Of a DNA stretch of 52,644 bases, positions 22,754-36,597 are shown in pieces (positions within the stretch are counted from its first letter, which is position 1; each line of letters starts with the position of its first letter). The stretch comes from Gemmatimonadaceae bacterium (GTDB lineage: Bacteria; Gemmatimonadota; Gemmatimonadetes; Gemmatimonadales; Gemmatimonadaceae), in the NCBI GenBank assembly GCA_036375115.1, contig DASUSM010000297.1:1-52644 (forward strand), in the 5' to 3' direction. The position numbers and the translations under genes are program-made. The notes under the pieces were generated by a model that saw only the letters and a program-made list of their open reading frames with translations, was not told where the DNA came from and did not search any database.

Positions 22754-23079
22754 CGGATCCCGCGACGACGAAGCTCGAGACGTTCCGCGCGATGGTGCGG
22801 AAGAACCCCGACAACGCGCTCGCGCGCTTCGGCCTCGCCAATGAGGCGATGAAGGCCGGGCTGGACGAGGAGGCGCGCGAGCACCTCGAGGCGTACCTGG
22901 CGCGCTACGAGGACGAGGGAAACGGCTGGCTGCGACTCGGGGAGGTGCTGGCCCGCCTCGGGCGCACGGAGGAGGCGCGGGGGGCGCTGCGCCGCGGGGT
23001 CGAGGCCTCCAACCGCCACGGGCACGCGGGGATGGCGAACGAGATCGAGCTGCGGCTCGAGGAGCTCGCCGACGAGTGA
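22750..23079 (+). CDS. small TPR-like helical protein (109 aa)
   Basis: This is the tail of ORF 22048..23079(+). ATG 22750 overlaps the upstream stop (ATGA). The sequence NPDNALARFGLANEAMKAGLDEEAREHLEAYL...GWLRLGEVLARLGRTEEARGALRRGVE is TPR-like. Confidence 0.65.
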   Translation: MTDPATTKLETFRAMVRKNPDNALARFGLANEAMKAGLDEEAREHLEAYLARYEDEGNGWLRLGEVLARLGRTEEARGALRRGVEASNRHGHAGMANEIELRLEELADE

Positions 23080-23188
23080 GCGCCTCGGGAGCCGCACCGG
23101 GGCGTTCCTGTGACTCTCGTCACGCGGTCGAGCTGGCCTGGCCCGTGCATCACGCCTCCGACGCAGACTCATCCTCGTGGAGGCCTCG

Positions 23189-23671
23189 ATGCGACCCCTG
23201 ATCCCGCTGGCGACGCTCCTGGTCGCCGGCTGCGCGACGTTCGGCTGGAGCGGCCGCGACACCCTGTCCACGACGGTCGGCGTGCCGGCGGACACCGCGA
23301 TGCGGATCGCCTCGACCCAGCTGCGACACCACGGCTACACCGTGACCGACGTCAGCACGAGCGAGATCATCACCGCGCCTCGCAAGGTGCCGCAGTACCT
23401 GCTCCCGCTCTCGACGAACCCCGAAGAGGCGGCCGAGCTCGCGGACCGGCAGCTGATCCTCTCCGTGCGCGTCCGGCCGGCGCCCTACTTCGCCGGCTCG
23501 CGCATCGACGTCACCGGCTTCCTGGTCCCGCGGGCCACGAAGGGCGCGACGAACACGGTGATGGAGGACGCGGTTCTCATCACCGAGGAGGACAACCCGA
23601 CGCTCTATCGCGAGGTGCGGGCGGCAGCCGGGTGGATCAGCGACGCGCTGAAGCGCCACGACGGGAAGTAG
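23189..23671 (+). CDS. lipoprotein, hypothetical
   Basis: ORF 23177..23671(+). ATG 23189 lies 6 nt after GGAGG. The lipobox is LLVAGC. No family is assigned. Confidence 0.65.
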   Translation: MRPLIPLATLLVAGCATFGWSGRDTLSTTVGVPADTAMRIASTQLRHHGYTVTDVSTSEIITAPRKVPQYLLPLSTNPEEAAELADRQLILSVRVRPAPYFAGSRIDVTGFLVPRATKGATNTVMEDAVLITEEDNPTLYREVRAAAGWISDALKRHDGK

Positions 23672-24941
23672 CGGCCGCCGAGTCCGCCCCCGTCCTCCCC
23701 TCCCCCGACGAGTCGCGAGGCGCGGCGGCCGCGCCGGCCGGACGCAGCGCGCCGATCGTGTACGCGCTGCGCGGGTTCCAGAGGATCCAGCTCTCGATTC
23801 CGTTGTCGTAGCCGGCCTGGATCTGCGCGCGCACCTGCTCGGCGCCGTAGCGGGGCGGCCCGAGCGTGAAGTCCTGGTACCACGGAACGATCCGCGCCGC
23901 TCCCTCGATCCCCTCGGAGCGGCGCTTCGCGTCCTCGAGCGCCCGGTCGATGATCGCGTACGGCTGCGCGTTCGGGCTCCGAATCCCGTAGCTCCCCGGG
24001 GCGTAGTGCGACGGATACGTCATCGGCAGGACGACGTCGGCGCGGTCGACGAACATCTCCCAGCGCTGCCCGATCCCCATGTCCGTGGTGTCCGACGTCG
24101 TCAGCCCGAAAACGTCGATCGTGAACGGGACGCCGAGATGCGCGAGGCCTCGCCGCATCGCCTCGAGCTGGTCGCGAATCACCTGCGCGCGCTCCCGTCC
24201 GCCCTGGAGCGGGAACACGGCCTCGCGGACGATGCGATCCTCGTCGGGAAAGCGCACGTAGTCGAGCTGGATCTCGCTGAAGCCGAGGTCCACGGCCTCC
24301 GCGGCGATGTCGGCGGCGTACTTCCACACGCCCGGGTGGTTGGGGTCGAGCCACGGGCGCCCGTTCTTGTCGAGCCAGGGCTGCGCCGGGTCGTCGCGGC
24401 GCCGGATCGCCCACTCGCGCCGCCGCTCGGCGAGCAGCGGGTCCTTCACGACGACGATGCGGGCGATCGGGTAGATGCCGTGCACGCGCATCGTGTCGAG
24501 GAGCGCGCGCAGCCGGGCGTGCGACATGAGGCCGATCGAGTCCGCGTCGGCGCCGATCTCGCGCGCGAGCGGGACGCGCGACCGGTAGAGCATGTAGCCG
24601 CGGTCGTCCTTCACGTCGATGACGAGCGCGTTGATCTCGGTGCGCCGCGCGACGTCGAGGAGCTGTCCCATGCTCGTGCGTCCGAGCGCCTGCCACCGGT
24701 TCACGTAGAGGCCGCGCATCGGCTCCGGCGGGGCGACGAGCGGCGGCTTCGGGCGCAGGATCGAGTCGGCGTGCGCGACCGGGGCGGGCGCGGGATCGGG
24801 GGCGACCGGGTTCGCCGTGTCGGACGGCGCGGCGGGCGCCGCCGGCCGAACGGCGGTCGAGTCCCCGGTCGGCTCCGCCCCGGCGGCACAGCCCGCGAGG
24901 AGAGCGGCGAGCACGATCGTGTGGCGTGATGCGTACGGCAT
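23637..24941 (-). CDS. putative glycoside-hydrolase-like lipoprotein (DUF4015-type TIM-barrel)
   Basis: ORF 23637..24941(-) with an ATG start. The lipobox is LLAGC, followed by a Pro/Ala linker. Family-like blocks are GLYVNRW, INALVIDVKDDRGY, FSEIQLDYVRFP and LPMTYPSHY. The family call is from memory of DUF4015-like proteins. Confidence 0.65.
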   Translation of the reverse strand: MPYASRHTIVLAALLAGCAAGAEPTGDSTAVRPAAPAAPSDTANPVAPDPAPAPVAHADSILRPKPPLVAPPEPMRGLYVNRWQALGRTSMGQLLDVARRTEINALVIDVKDDRGYMLYRSRVPLAREIGADADSIGLMSHARLRALLDTMRVHGIYPIARIVVVKDPLLAERRREWAIRRRDDPAQPWLDKNGRPWLDPNHPGVWKYAADIAAEAVDLGFSEIQLDYVRFPDEDRIVREAVFPLQGGRERAQVIRDQLEAMRRGLAHLGVPFTIDVFGLTTSDTTDMGIGQRWEMFVDRADVVLPMTYPSHYAPGSYGIRSPNAQPYAIIDRALEDAKRRSEGIEGAARIVPWYQDFTLGPPRYGAEQVRAQIQAGYDNGIESWILWNPRSAYTIGALRPAGAAAAPRDSSGEGRTGADSAAATSRRGASARR

Positions 24942-24990
24942 CCCGCCAATCTAGCGAACCGCCCCCGTCATCCCGGAGGCGCGCCGCCGC

Positions 24991-27333
24991 TCAACGGCGC
25001 GACCTCGGTTCCCCGTCCCCGGCGAGCGCGCTCCAGATGAGCGGATACGTCGCCATGCTCTGCGCCCGGTACTGCGGGCGGAAGCCGAAGAGGACGACGC
25101 GGCCGCGGCCGAGCCGCGCCTCGACGAGCGCGCCCTTGCCGCGGAGGCGGTCGCCGCCGAGCAGCCACCCCGAGACGAGCGGGTCGCCCGCCTCCGGGTA
25201 CCGGGCGACGATCGTGGCGCGCGACGGGTCGGTGACCTCGAAGGCGGGGCCGTCCTCGAACCAGATCGCCGGCGTGGCGGGCAGCCGGCCCGCGAGGGGG
25301 TGCCGCGGCGTCGTCTCGACGCGGAGCAGCGAGCCGGGCGCGTAAAAATCGCGCGAGCCGACGTCCTCGAGGACGTCGCGCACCGGCAGCTCGAGCGCGT
25401 CCACGACGTACCGGCTCGCCTCGTTGAAGGCGACGAGCGTGCCGCCGTCCTCGACGAAGCGCCGCAGCGCCGCGGCTCCCTCGGTGCCGATGCCGCCGCG
25501 CAGCGAATCGGGGTAGCCGCTCTGCATCGCGCCGCGCTCGAGCGCGCGCGGCGACTGGTCGGGGAGGACGATGACGTCGAAGCGGCGCGCGAGACCGCCG
25601 GTGCGGAGGTCGCGGTCGCGGACGGTCGTGTACGGGATGCGGTACTGGTCGAAGATCCAGCGCGTCCACCCCTCGTCCATCGACGGCGCCCAGCTCGCAT
25701 AGAGGCCGATGCGGCGCGCCGAGCGCCCGCTCAGCCCCGCGGCGGCGAGCGTCGGCGCGGCGACCATCGGGATCGGCGCGCCGAGCGCGACGTCGATCGG
25801 CTCGCGCACCTCCGCCACCTCGACGCCCATGAGGAGCGGCAGGGTGTGCGCGGTGACGTCGTACGGCCGCTTCGGCGGGCCGCCGGGATACTCGCGGAGG
25901 TCGGGATAGCGCTGGCGCTCGAGGAGCGCCTTGGCGAAGGCGCCGTACGGCTGCGCGAGCGGGACGACGTACGTCCCCGCCCCGTGCCGCGCGCTCCCGC
26001 TCGCGAACGCGCCCGCCGCGCGGTGCACCTCGACGCCGCCGCGCTGGAGGATCCGGAGCAGCGCGTGCAGCGCCGCCGTGTCGCGCTGCGCGGCGGGGAT
26101 GGCGAACGCCACCGGCCAGTCGCCGCGGCCGGGCGCCTCGCGGCCGGCGACGGCGCGCTCGGCGACGGTCGCGAAGCTCTCCAGCCACTGGCGCCGGTCG
26201 CGCGCGGCCTCGGCGAGCAGCGCCCACGTCGCGCTCGTCTGGTAGTCCACGATGTCGCCGACCGTCCACCGCCCGCCCGGCCACGGCGCGAGGAAGTTCC
26301 ACGACGAGACCTTCGAGTCGTAGCCGCGGTTCGGGCGGAGCGAGTCGAAGGGGAGCTCGATCGGCGAGGCGAGTCGCGCGCTCGCCGTCTCGGTGAGGAT
26401 GCGGATGCCGCCGTGGTAGTGCTGATAGGCGCGCGCCGGCGTCCACGCGTCGTACGAGGCGTTGACGGCGATCCCCGTCTTCCCATCCGCCGTCAGGCGC
26501 CAGGCCATCGCCATCCCCATCGCGTTCACCCCCGCGGTGACGATCGGGTCCACGTTCGGCTCGATCGGGTCCATGTAGGGCGGGATGAAGATCCGCGAGC
26601 CCGACGCGCCCTGCTGGTGGATGTCGTTGACGATCTGCGGGTGCCACGCGTTGTGCAGCGAATCGATCGTGAGCTGCGTCTCGACCTGGGTGAAGGCGTA
26701 CCAGTCGCGGTTGTTGTCGTGGCCGACGTAGTGGTGATAGAGCTGCGGCGGGCTCGTGCCCTCGGCGGGGGTGCCGACCGTCGCCCGGTACCAGTCGCCG
26801 ACGATGTCCACGCCGTCGGGGTTGAGCGAGGGCACGAGGATGGTGATGGTGCCCGCGCGGATGGCGCGCGTCTCCTCGTCCTCGCCGCGCACGAGGCGGT
26901 CGGCGAGGACGAGGGGCGTCATGATGCCGCCGACCTCGGTCGAGTGGATGCTCGACGTCACGAGGACGATCGTCTTCCCCTCGGCGACGAGCCGCTCGCG
27001 TGCCGCGGCGTTGCCGCGCCGGAGCCGCGCGTCGGCGAGGCGCGTCTGGATGTCGCGGAAGCGCGGCAGGTCGGCGAGCGTCGCCGAGTCGGCGATGAAG
27101 GCGGCGACGAAGGGGCGCCCCTTCGTCGTGCGGCCGAGCGTGCGCAGCGTGAGCCTCGGGCTCGCCGCGTCGACGCGCGAGAAGTACTCGACGACCTGCG
27201 TCCAGCTCGGCAGGCGCCGGTCGGTGCCGGGCTCGAAGCCGATGACGGCGGATGGCGTAGGGACCGCCGATTGCGCGCCGAGCAGGGCCGGCACGAGGAG
27301 AAGCGGGAGCGCGAGGAGTCTGCCCAGTCGCAT
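24991..27333 (-). CDS. M14 family zinc carboxypeptidase-like protein with large C-terminal extension
   Basis: ORF 24991..27333(-) with an ATG start. The signal peptide is MRLGRLLALPLLLVPALLGAQS. M14 blocks are SIHSTE (HxxE zinc ligands), PSLNPDG and GHDNNRDW. Confidence 0.8.
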   Translation of the reverse strand: MRLGRLLALPLLLVPALLGAQSAVPTPSAVIGFEPGTDRRLPSWTQVVEYFSRVDAASPRLTLRTLGRTTKGRPFVAAFIADSATLADLPRFRDIQTRLADARLRRGNAAARERLVAEGKTIVLVTSSIHSTEVGGIMTPLVLADRLVRGEDEETRAIRAGTITILVPSLNPDGVDIVGDWYRATVGTPAEGTSPPQLYHHYVGHDNNRDWYAFTQVETQLTIDSLHNAWHPQIVNDIHQQGASGSRIFIPPYMDPIEPNVDPIVTAGVNAMGMAMAWRLTADGKTGIAVNASYDAWTPARAYQHYHGGIRILTETASARLASPIELPFDSLRPNRGYDSKVSSWNFLAPWPGGRWTVGDIVDYQTSATWALLAEAARDRRQWLESFATVAERAVAGREAPGRGDWPVAFAIPAAQRDTAALHALLRILQRGGVEVHRAAGAFASGSARHGAGTYVVPLAQPYGAFAKALLERQRYPDLREYPGGPPKRPYDVTAHTLPLLMGVEVAEVREPIDVALGAPIPMVAAPTLAAAGLSGRSARRIGLYASWAPSMDEGWTRWIFDQYRIPYTTVRDRDLRTGGLARRFDVIVLPDQSPRALERGAMQSGYPDSLRGGIGTEGAAALRRFVEDGGTLVAFNEASRYVVDALELPVRDVLEDVGSRDFYAPGSLLRVETTPRHPLAGRLPATPAIWFEDGPAFEVTDPSRATIVARYPEAGDPLVSGWLLGGDRLRGKGALVEARLGRGRVVLFGFRPQYRAQSMATYPLIWSALAGDGEPRSRR

Positions 27334-27342
27334 GGGTACGGC

Positions 27343-27407
27343 TCAGGGGTCGGGGTCAGGGCCAGGGCCAGGGTCGGGGCGCGCCGGGACTGACCCCGAC
27401 CCCGACC
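27343..27407. repeat. G-tract/C-tract inverted-repeat element (GGGGTC/GGGTCA units)
   Basis: GGGGTCGGGGTCAG (27346-27359) is the exact reverse complement of CTGACCCCGACCCC (27390-27403). The left arm continues as GGGCCAGGGCCAGGGTCGGGG. It lies between the STK2 stop (27434) and the M14 start (27333). Confidence 0.8.
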
Positions 27408-27433
27408 GTGTTCTCCGAGCCGTTTCGGACGTC

Positions 27434-31320
<3,887 letters not shown>

Positions 31321-31568
31321 AGTGTAGCACTGGCGGCGGCGTCTGAAAAGGCGACGGCGGCTTTCCTCGCCGGCCGCGCGCCACCGCGGCAGAGACACTA
31401 CGTCAGGGTGGCCGCTCCAGGTTGCAGCCGCTGCCGCCGAGACAGCGCCGACGGCTGGCGGGAGGCGGCGGGAACGTGCAACATCGCTCGGTGCTTGGAA
31501 TGGAGTGTGCCGTCCAGGGATGCCCCCTGGGGTGCGCCACACGCATCGCCACTCACACAGGTCACGTC

Positions 31569-34172
31569 ATGGCTCAGCGACAGACCCTCCCCGTCCTCCC
31601 GCTGCGAGGGACGGTCATCTTTCCCGGACTCACCGCCCCGATCGCGGCCGGGCGACCCGGGACGCTGCGCGCGATCGAGGCCGCGCTCAAGGGCGACCGG
31701 CTCGTGTTCGCCGTCGCGCAGCGAGACAACACCGACGAGCCCTCGCCGGAGATCCTCTACTCGATGGGGGTCGTCGCCCGCATCGGGCAGATCCAGCGCG
31801 GCCTCGGCGGCGTGCAGCTCCTCCTCCAGGGGGAGCAGCGCGCGACGGCGCTCCAGTACACGACGACGGAGAACTATCTCTCCGCCGTCGTCATGCCGGT
31901 CGAGGAGATGGGGCCGGTGGACGAGAACGACGCCGCCTTCACGGCGCTCCACAAGGAGATCCGCGAGCGGGCCGCCGAGCTGGGCGAGCGCCGCGGACTC
32001 CCCGAGGAGGTCGTGCACCAGGTCCTCGACTCGGTCACCGAGCCGGGGAAGTTCGCCGACCTCGTCGCCGGCTACATCGAGCTCGGCGTCCCCGAGAAGC
32101 AGGGGCTCCTCGAGACGCTGAGCGTCGAGGAGCGGCTGCGCCGCGTGCTCGTGCACGTGCAGCGGCAGATCGGGATGCTGGAAGCGCAGGAGGAGATCAA
32201 GAGCCAGGTCCAGGAGGAGCTCGGCGAGCGGCAGCGCGAGATGTACCTGCGCGAGCAGCTCAAGGCGATCCAGAAGGAGCTCGGCGACGACGACCAGAGC
32301 CGCGAGATCACCGAGCTGCGCGACAAGCTGAACAAGCTCGAGCTGCCGAAGGAGGCGCGCGCCGAGGTCGAGCGCGAGCTCGGCCGCCTCGAACGCGCCG
32401 GGCGCGAGTCGATGGAGGCGCAGGTCATCCGCACCTATCTCGAGTGGGTCGCGGAGCTCCCGTGGAACACGCGCTCCGACGACATCCTCGACCTGAACCG
32501 CGCGCAGACGGTGCTCGACGAGGACCACTACGGGCTCCCCGACGTGAAGGACCGCGTGCTCGAGTTCCTCGCCGTGCGCCAGCTGCGCGCGCAGGAGCTC
32601 GCCGCCGAGGTCGAGAAGACGGGGGAGTTCCCCGCGTCGCGGCTGCGCGCGAACAAGGACGACGCGAACCCGTCGCTGCACGAGGGGGAGCCCGAGGACC
32701 GCGCGATCACCGACGCGAAGGAGGCGAAGGCCCGCGCGATGGCGAAGGGGCCGATCCTCCTCTTCGTCGGCCCGCCGGGCGTCGGCAAGACCTCGATCGC
32801 GAAGTCGATCGCGCGCTCGCTCGGCCGCGAGTACGTCCGCGTCGCGCTCGGCGGCGTGCGCGACGAGGCCGACATCCGCGGCCACCGGCGCACCTACGTC
32901 GGCGCGATGCCGGGGCGCGTCATCCAGGGGATGAAGCAGGCCGGGACGAAGAACCCCGTCTTCCTCCTCGACGAGGTGGACAAGCTCGGCATCTCGATGC
33001 AGGGCGACCCCGCCTCGGCGCTGCTCGAGGTGCTCGATCCGGCGCAGAACGACACCTTCACCGACCACTACCTCGGCGTGCCGTTCGACCTGAGCGAGGT
33101 GATCTTCATCGCGACGGCGAACTTCATCCAGAACATCCCCGGTCCGCTGCTCGACCGCATGGAGACGGTGGAGTTCGCGGGCTACACCGAGCGCGAGAAG
33201 GCGGAGATCGCCAAGCGCTACCTCATCCCGCGGCAGCTCGAGGAGTCGGGGCTCTCGAACAAGGGCGTCGTCTTCTCCGACGATGCCGTCATGCGCGTCG
33301 TCTCCGAGTACACGCGCGAGGCCGGCGTGCGCCAGCTCGAGCGGCAGATCGGCGCGGTGGCGCGCAAGGTCGCGCGGCAGATCGCGTCCGGAAAGGGGAG
33401 CGCCGCGGACGACGGGACGATCGATGTCGACGAGGTGCGCGACCTCCTCGGGCGTCCGCGTGTGCACCCCGAGCGCGCCGCCGAGCAGCACGAGGTCGGC
33501 GTCGCGACGGGGATGTACTACACGCCGGCCGGCGGCGACATCATGTTCGTCGAGGCGGCGATCCGTCGGCTGCACGGCGCGGGGACGCGGGCGAACGACG
33601 GCGACGTCACGCAGGTCGCCGGACTCGGCAACGTCTCGCTGATCCTCACCGGCCAGCTCGGCGACGTCATGAAGGAGTCGGCGCGCGCCGCGCTCACGTA
33701 CGCCGCGACGCACGCCTCCACGCTCCAGATCCCCCAGGACCGCCTCGGCTCGATCGAGGTGCACATCCACGTCCCGGCGGGCGCGATCCCGAAGGATGGC
33801 CCGTCCGCCGGCACGACGATGGCGACGGCGCTCGTCTCGGCGATGTCTGGACGTCCGGTGCGCAAGGACGTCGCGATGACGGGGGAAATCACGCTGCGCG
33901 GACGCGTGCTCCCGATCGGCGGGCTGAAGGAGAAGGTGCTCGGCGCCCACCGCGCCGGGAGCAAGGTGATCATCCTGCCGAAGGACAACGAGGCGGACCT
34001 CGAGGACATCCCCGACGAGGTGCGCGAGCAGCTCACCTTCCACGCCCTGAGCACGCTCGACGAGGTGTTCGACATCGCCCTCCTCCCGCCGCCGCGCCCG
34101 GTCCGGACGGAGAAGACGGAGATGGAGGAGGCGGAGGAGCACGCGGAGGAGTGGGCCGCGCGGCACGGCTGA
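31569..34172 (+). CDS. lon: ATP-dependent Lon protease (LonA type)
   Basis: ORF 31422..34172(+) from ATG 31569 ([20 protein letters not shown]..., the LON N-domain). It has Walker [10 protein letters not shown], Walker B FLLDEVDK and the protease serine block PKDGPSAG. Confidence 0.95.
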   Translation: MAQRQTLPVLPLRGTVIFPGLTAPIAAGRPGTLRAIEAALKGDRLVFAVAQRDNTDEPSPEILYSMGVVARIGQIQRGLGGVQLLLQGEQRATALQYTTTENYLSAVVMPVEEMGPVDENDAAFTALHKEIRERAAELGERRGLPEEVVHQVLDSVTEPGKFADLVAGYIELGVPEKQGLLETLSVEERLRRVLVHVQRQIGMLEAQEEIKSQVQEELGERQREMYLREQLKAIQKELGDDDQSREITELRDKLNKLELPKEARAEVERELGRLERAGRESMEAQVIRTYLEWVAELPWNTRSDDILDLNRAQTVLDEDHYGLPDVKDRVLEFLAVRQLRAQELAAEVEKTGEFPASRLRANKDDANPSLHEGEPEDRAITDAKEAKARAMAKGPILLFVGPPGVGKTSIAKSIARSLGREYVRVALGGVRDEADIRGHRRTYVGAMPGRVIQGMKQAGTKNPVFLLDEVDKLGISMQGDPASALLEVLDPAQNDTFTDHYLGVPFDLSEVIFIATANFIQNIPGPLLDRMETVEFAGYTEREKAEIAKRYLIPRQLEESGLSNKGVVFSDDAVMRVVSEYTREAGVRQLERQIGAVARKVARQIASGKGSAADDGTIDVDEVRDLLGRPRVHPERAAEQHEVGVATGMYYTPAGGDIMFVEAAIRRLHGAGTRANDGDVTQVAGLGNVSLILTGQLGDVMKESARAALTYAATHASTLQIPQDRLGSIEVHIHVPAGAIPKDGPSAGTTMATALVSAMSGRPVRKDVAMTGEITLRGRVLPIGGLKEKVLGAHRAGSKVIILPKDNEADLEDIPDEVREQLTFHALSTLDEVFDIALLPPPRPVRTEKTEMEEAEEHAEEWAARHG

Positions 34173-34232
34173 CGGCGGCCCGGCGCCGCGGCGCATTCCT
34201 GCCCCGGCGCCGGGCGCCGCGCGCCGGCATCG

Positions 34233-36479
34233 CTAGCCCCTGTCCTCCGGCGCCGCGCGCGGCAGCGTCACCGTGAAGCGGCTCCCCTCGCCGGGCACGC
34301 TCGCGAGCTCGATCTCGCCGCCGAGCAGGTTCGTGAGGTGGCGCGTCACACTGAGGCCCAGCCCCGTGCCCCCCGTGCGGCGCGTCTGGAGCTGCTCCAC
34401 CTGCCAGAAGGGCTGAAAGATCCGCTCGGAGTGCTCGGGCGCGATCCCGCTTCCCGTGTCCCAGACGCGCAGCCGCGCCCCGTCGTCGGTGCGGCGGGCG
34501 CTGACGCCGACCTCCCCGGCGCTCGTGAACTTCAGCGCGTTCGAGAGGAGGTTGAGGAGGATCTGACGCACCTTCTTCGCATCGGTGCGCAGCTCGATCG
34601 GTGCGTCGGCGACGTCCACGACGAGCTCCACCCCGTCGGGAACGTGCGGCTCGACGATGGCGACCGCCTCGCGCACGATCGCCACGAGGTCCACGGGATC
34701 GAGGCGCACCGTCTCGCGCCCCGCCTCGATGCGGGCGAAGGCGAGGATCTCCTCGATGAGCTGCAGGAGGTGCTGGCCGCTCAGCATCACGCGGCCGAGC
34801 TGCTGCCGCTGCGACTCCGTGACCGGACCCGAGACACCGTCGGCGAGCAGCTCGGCATAGCCGATGACGGTCGTGAGCGGCGTGCGCAGCTCGTGCGACA
34901 TCACCGCGAGGAAGTCGGACTTCGCGCGGTTGGCGACGAGGACGTCCGCGTAGAGGCGGGCGTTGGCCGCGGCGAGCGCGGCGCGCGAGGCGATCTCGCC
35001 GGCGAGGCGCAGCTCGTCGTCGCCGTACGGGCGCCCGGGCGTCTCGCGGGCGAGGACCAGCGCGCCGATCCGCTCGCCGCGGGCGACGAGGGGCACCGAG
35101 ACGATGCTCGCCGGAGCGAGCTCGCGCAGCTCGGCGAGCAGCCCGGCGTCACCGCCGGCGAGCTGCTCGAGTCGCTGCGCCGGTACCTCGTTCTCGATCC
35201 ACGGCGCGCCGGACTCGATGACGCGGGCCGACGAATAGGCGGGGTGCGCCGAGAGGCCGTGGCGGCGCTGCAGCTCGCGCAGGCGATGCTCGCGTCCGGC
35301 GTCGCGGTGCGCGATCGCGACGTGCCGGATGCGTCCGTCCCGCTCGAGCACCTCGACCTGGCACCAGTCGCCGAGCAGCGGCACCGCGAGTCGCGCGATC
35401 GAGCGGAGCGTCTCGGCGTGGTCGAGCGAGGCGGCGAGGAGGCTGCTCGCCTCGGCGAGGAAGCGCTGCTCGGCGGCGTGCCGTTCGCGCTCGGTGACGT
35501 CGCTGAAGCTCCAGACGCGGCCATCGCTGCGCCCGTTCAGCAGCCGGGGGCGGGAGTAGCGCTCGAAGATCCGGCCATCGCGCAGCCGCACGATGTCGCG
35601 GCTCTCCGCCGTCGGGTCGGCGTAGAGCCGGTCGACCCGCTCGCGGAACGCCACGGGGTCCTCGAGCAGGTCGGCCACGCGGGCGAGCAGCTCGCGGTCG
35701 TCCCGCCGCTGGAGCACCTCCGGCTCGAGCCCCCACATCTCCATGAAGCGGCGGTTGCACGACGTGATCCGCCCTTCGGGGTCCACGACGAGGATGCCGT
35801 CGGCGGTCGCCTCGAGCGTCGCGCCGAGGTCGGAGATCCGCTCGCGCGCCTCGCTGTAGAGGAGCGCGTTGTCCACGGCGAGCGCCGCGCGGCGCGCGAA
35901 CTCGACGGCAAGGACGAGGTCGTCCGCGCCGTAGCGCTCGCCGGCGGCGTCGAGCGCGAGGAGCACCGCACCGCGCACCTCCCCCCGCGCCGCGAGCGGG
36001 ACGGCGAGCACGGAGCTCGGGTGCAGCTCGCGCAGCGCCTCGAGCTGGGCGGGGTTCGTCGCGATCGTCTCGAGCCGCTCGGCGCCGACGTCGGCGATGA
36101 GCTGCGGCACCCCCGTGCGCACGGCGAGCACGAGCGGGCTCGCCGGCGTCGGCCCGAGCGCCGGGTCGCAGAGGCTGCGGACGAGCGGCTCGCGCGCGGG
36201 ATCGGCGTGGGCCACCTCGAGCCGGGTATGGCTCCCGGATCGGGCGTAGACGATGCTCCAGTCGGCGAGGAAGCGGACGGCGAGGCGCGGGACGAGCCGA
36301 AGCGTCTCCTGCTCGTCGATCGAGGCGGAGAGCGCGCGGCTCGTCTCGTCGAGCAGGGGCGCCCAGCGCTCGGCGGCGAGAGCACGCTCCCGCGCCCGGT
36401 CCGGGTCGCGGGTGGTCTCTCGTGTGAGAACACGCTCGGCCACCCGCTCGCGCGCCCCTGCGTCCCGCTCGTCCGCCAT
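34233..36479 (-). CDS. sensor histidine kinase, cytoplasmic GAF-PAS-GAF-HisKA-HATPase
   Basis: ORF 34233..36671(-). It has the H-box [11 protein letters not shown]-box [13 protein letters not shown]1 DTGSGI and G2 GGTGLGLS. No TM segment and no adjacent response regulator were seen. The start is internal ATG 36479, preceded by GGGGAGCGAGG. Confidence 0.88.
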   Translation of the reverse strand: MADERDAGARERVAERVLTRETTRDPDRARERALAAERWAPLLDETSRALSASIDEQETLRLVPRLAVRFLADWSIVYARSGSHTRLEVAHADPAREPLVRSLCDPALGPTPASPLVLAVRTGVPQLIADVGAERLETIATNPAQLEALRELHPSSVLAVPLAARGEVRGAVLLALDAAGERYGADDLVLAVEFARRAALAVDNALLYSEARERISDLGATLEATADGILVVDPEGRITSCNRRFMEMWGLEPEVLQRRDDRELLARVADLLEDPVAFRERVDRLYADPTAESRDIVRLRDGRIFERYSRPRLLNGRSDGRVWSFSDVTERERHAAEQRFLAEASSLLAASLDHAETLRSIARLAVPLLGDWCQVEVLERDGRIRHVAIAHRDAGREHRLRELQRRHGLSAHPAYSSARVIESGAPWIENEVPAQRLEQLAGGDAGLLAELRELAPASIVSVPLVARGERIGALVLARETPGRPYGDDELRLAGEIASRAALAAANARLYADVLVANRAKSDFLAVMSHELRTPLTTVIGYAELLADGVSGPVTESQRQQLGRVMLSGQHLLQLIEEILAFARIEAGRETVRLDPVDLVAIVREAVAIVEPHVPDGVELVVDVADAPIELRTDAKKVRQILLNLLSNALKFTSAGEVGVSARRTDDGARLRVWDTGSGIAPEHSERIFQPFWQVEQLQTRRTGGTGLGLSVTRHLTNLLGGEIELASVPGEGSRFTVTLPRAAPEDRG

Positions 36480-36597
36480 CGTCGCCTCGCTCCCCGTCCG
36501 CGCCGACCCGTTCTCGGCGAAGTGGTCTGAGGGGCAAGTTGCATGCACGCCAGGCATGCGGGCCGAACGCCGGCCGCGCGGCGGTCGAGCGACGTGC

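Noticed and set aside
23637-23671. 35-nt 3'-end overlap of convergent genes (lipoprotein + strand, glycoside-hydrolase-like - strand) as a possible antisense mechanism or frameshift
   Set aside because: Both frames run uninterrupted to their stops. The hydrolase tail is low-complexity and may simply be a relaxed C-terminal extension. I see no evidence of a special mechanism.
31325-31530. Heat-shock control elements upstream of lon: a CIRCE half-site TAGCACTGG, and a sigma32-like CTTGGAA ... CCCCCTGG
   Set aside because: Only one CIRCE half is present, with no inverted partner at N9. The sigma32-like boxes are 22 nt apart, which is too far. I make no promoter call.
34179-34214. Hairpin CCCGGCGCC...GGCGCCGGG between convergent lon and the histidine kinase gene, as a terminator
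   Set aside because: It has a 9-bp stem but an 18-nt loop and no U-tract on either strand. That is too weak to annotate as a terminator.
31398-34276. 932-aa (-) and 923-aa (31505..34276 +) ORFs over lon
   Set aside because: These are off-frame and antisense shadows of the Lon protease gene, which has a Walker A motif and the PKDGPSAG block in frame 31569..34172.
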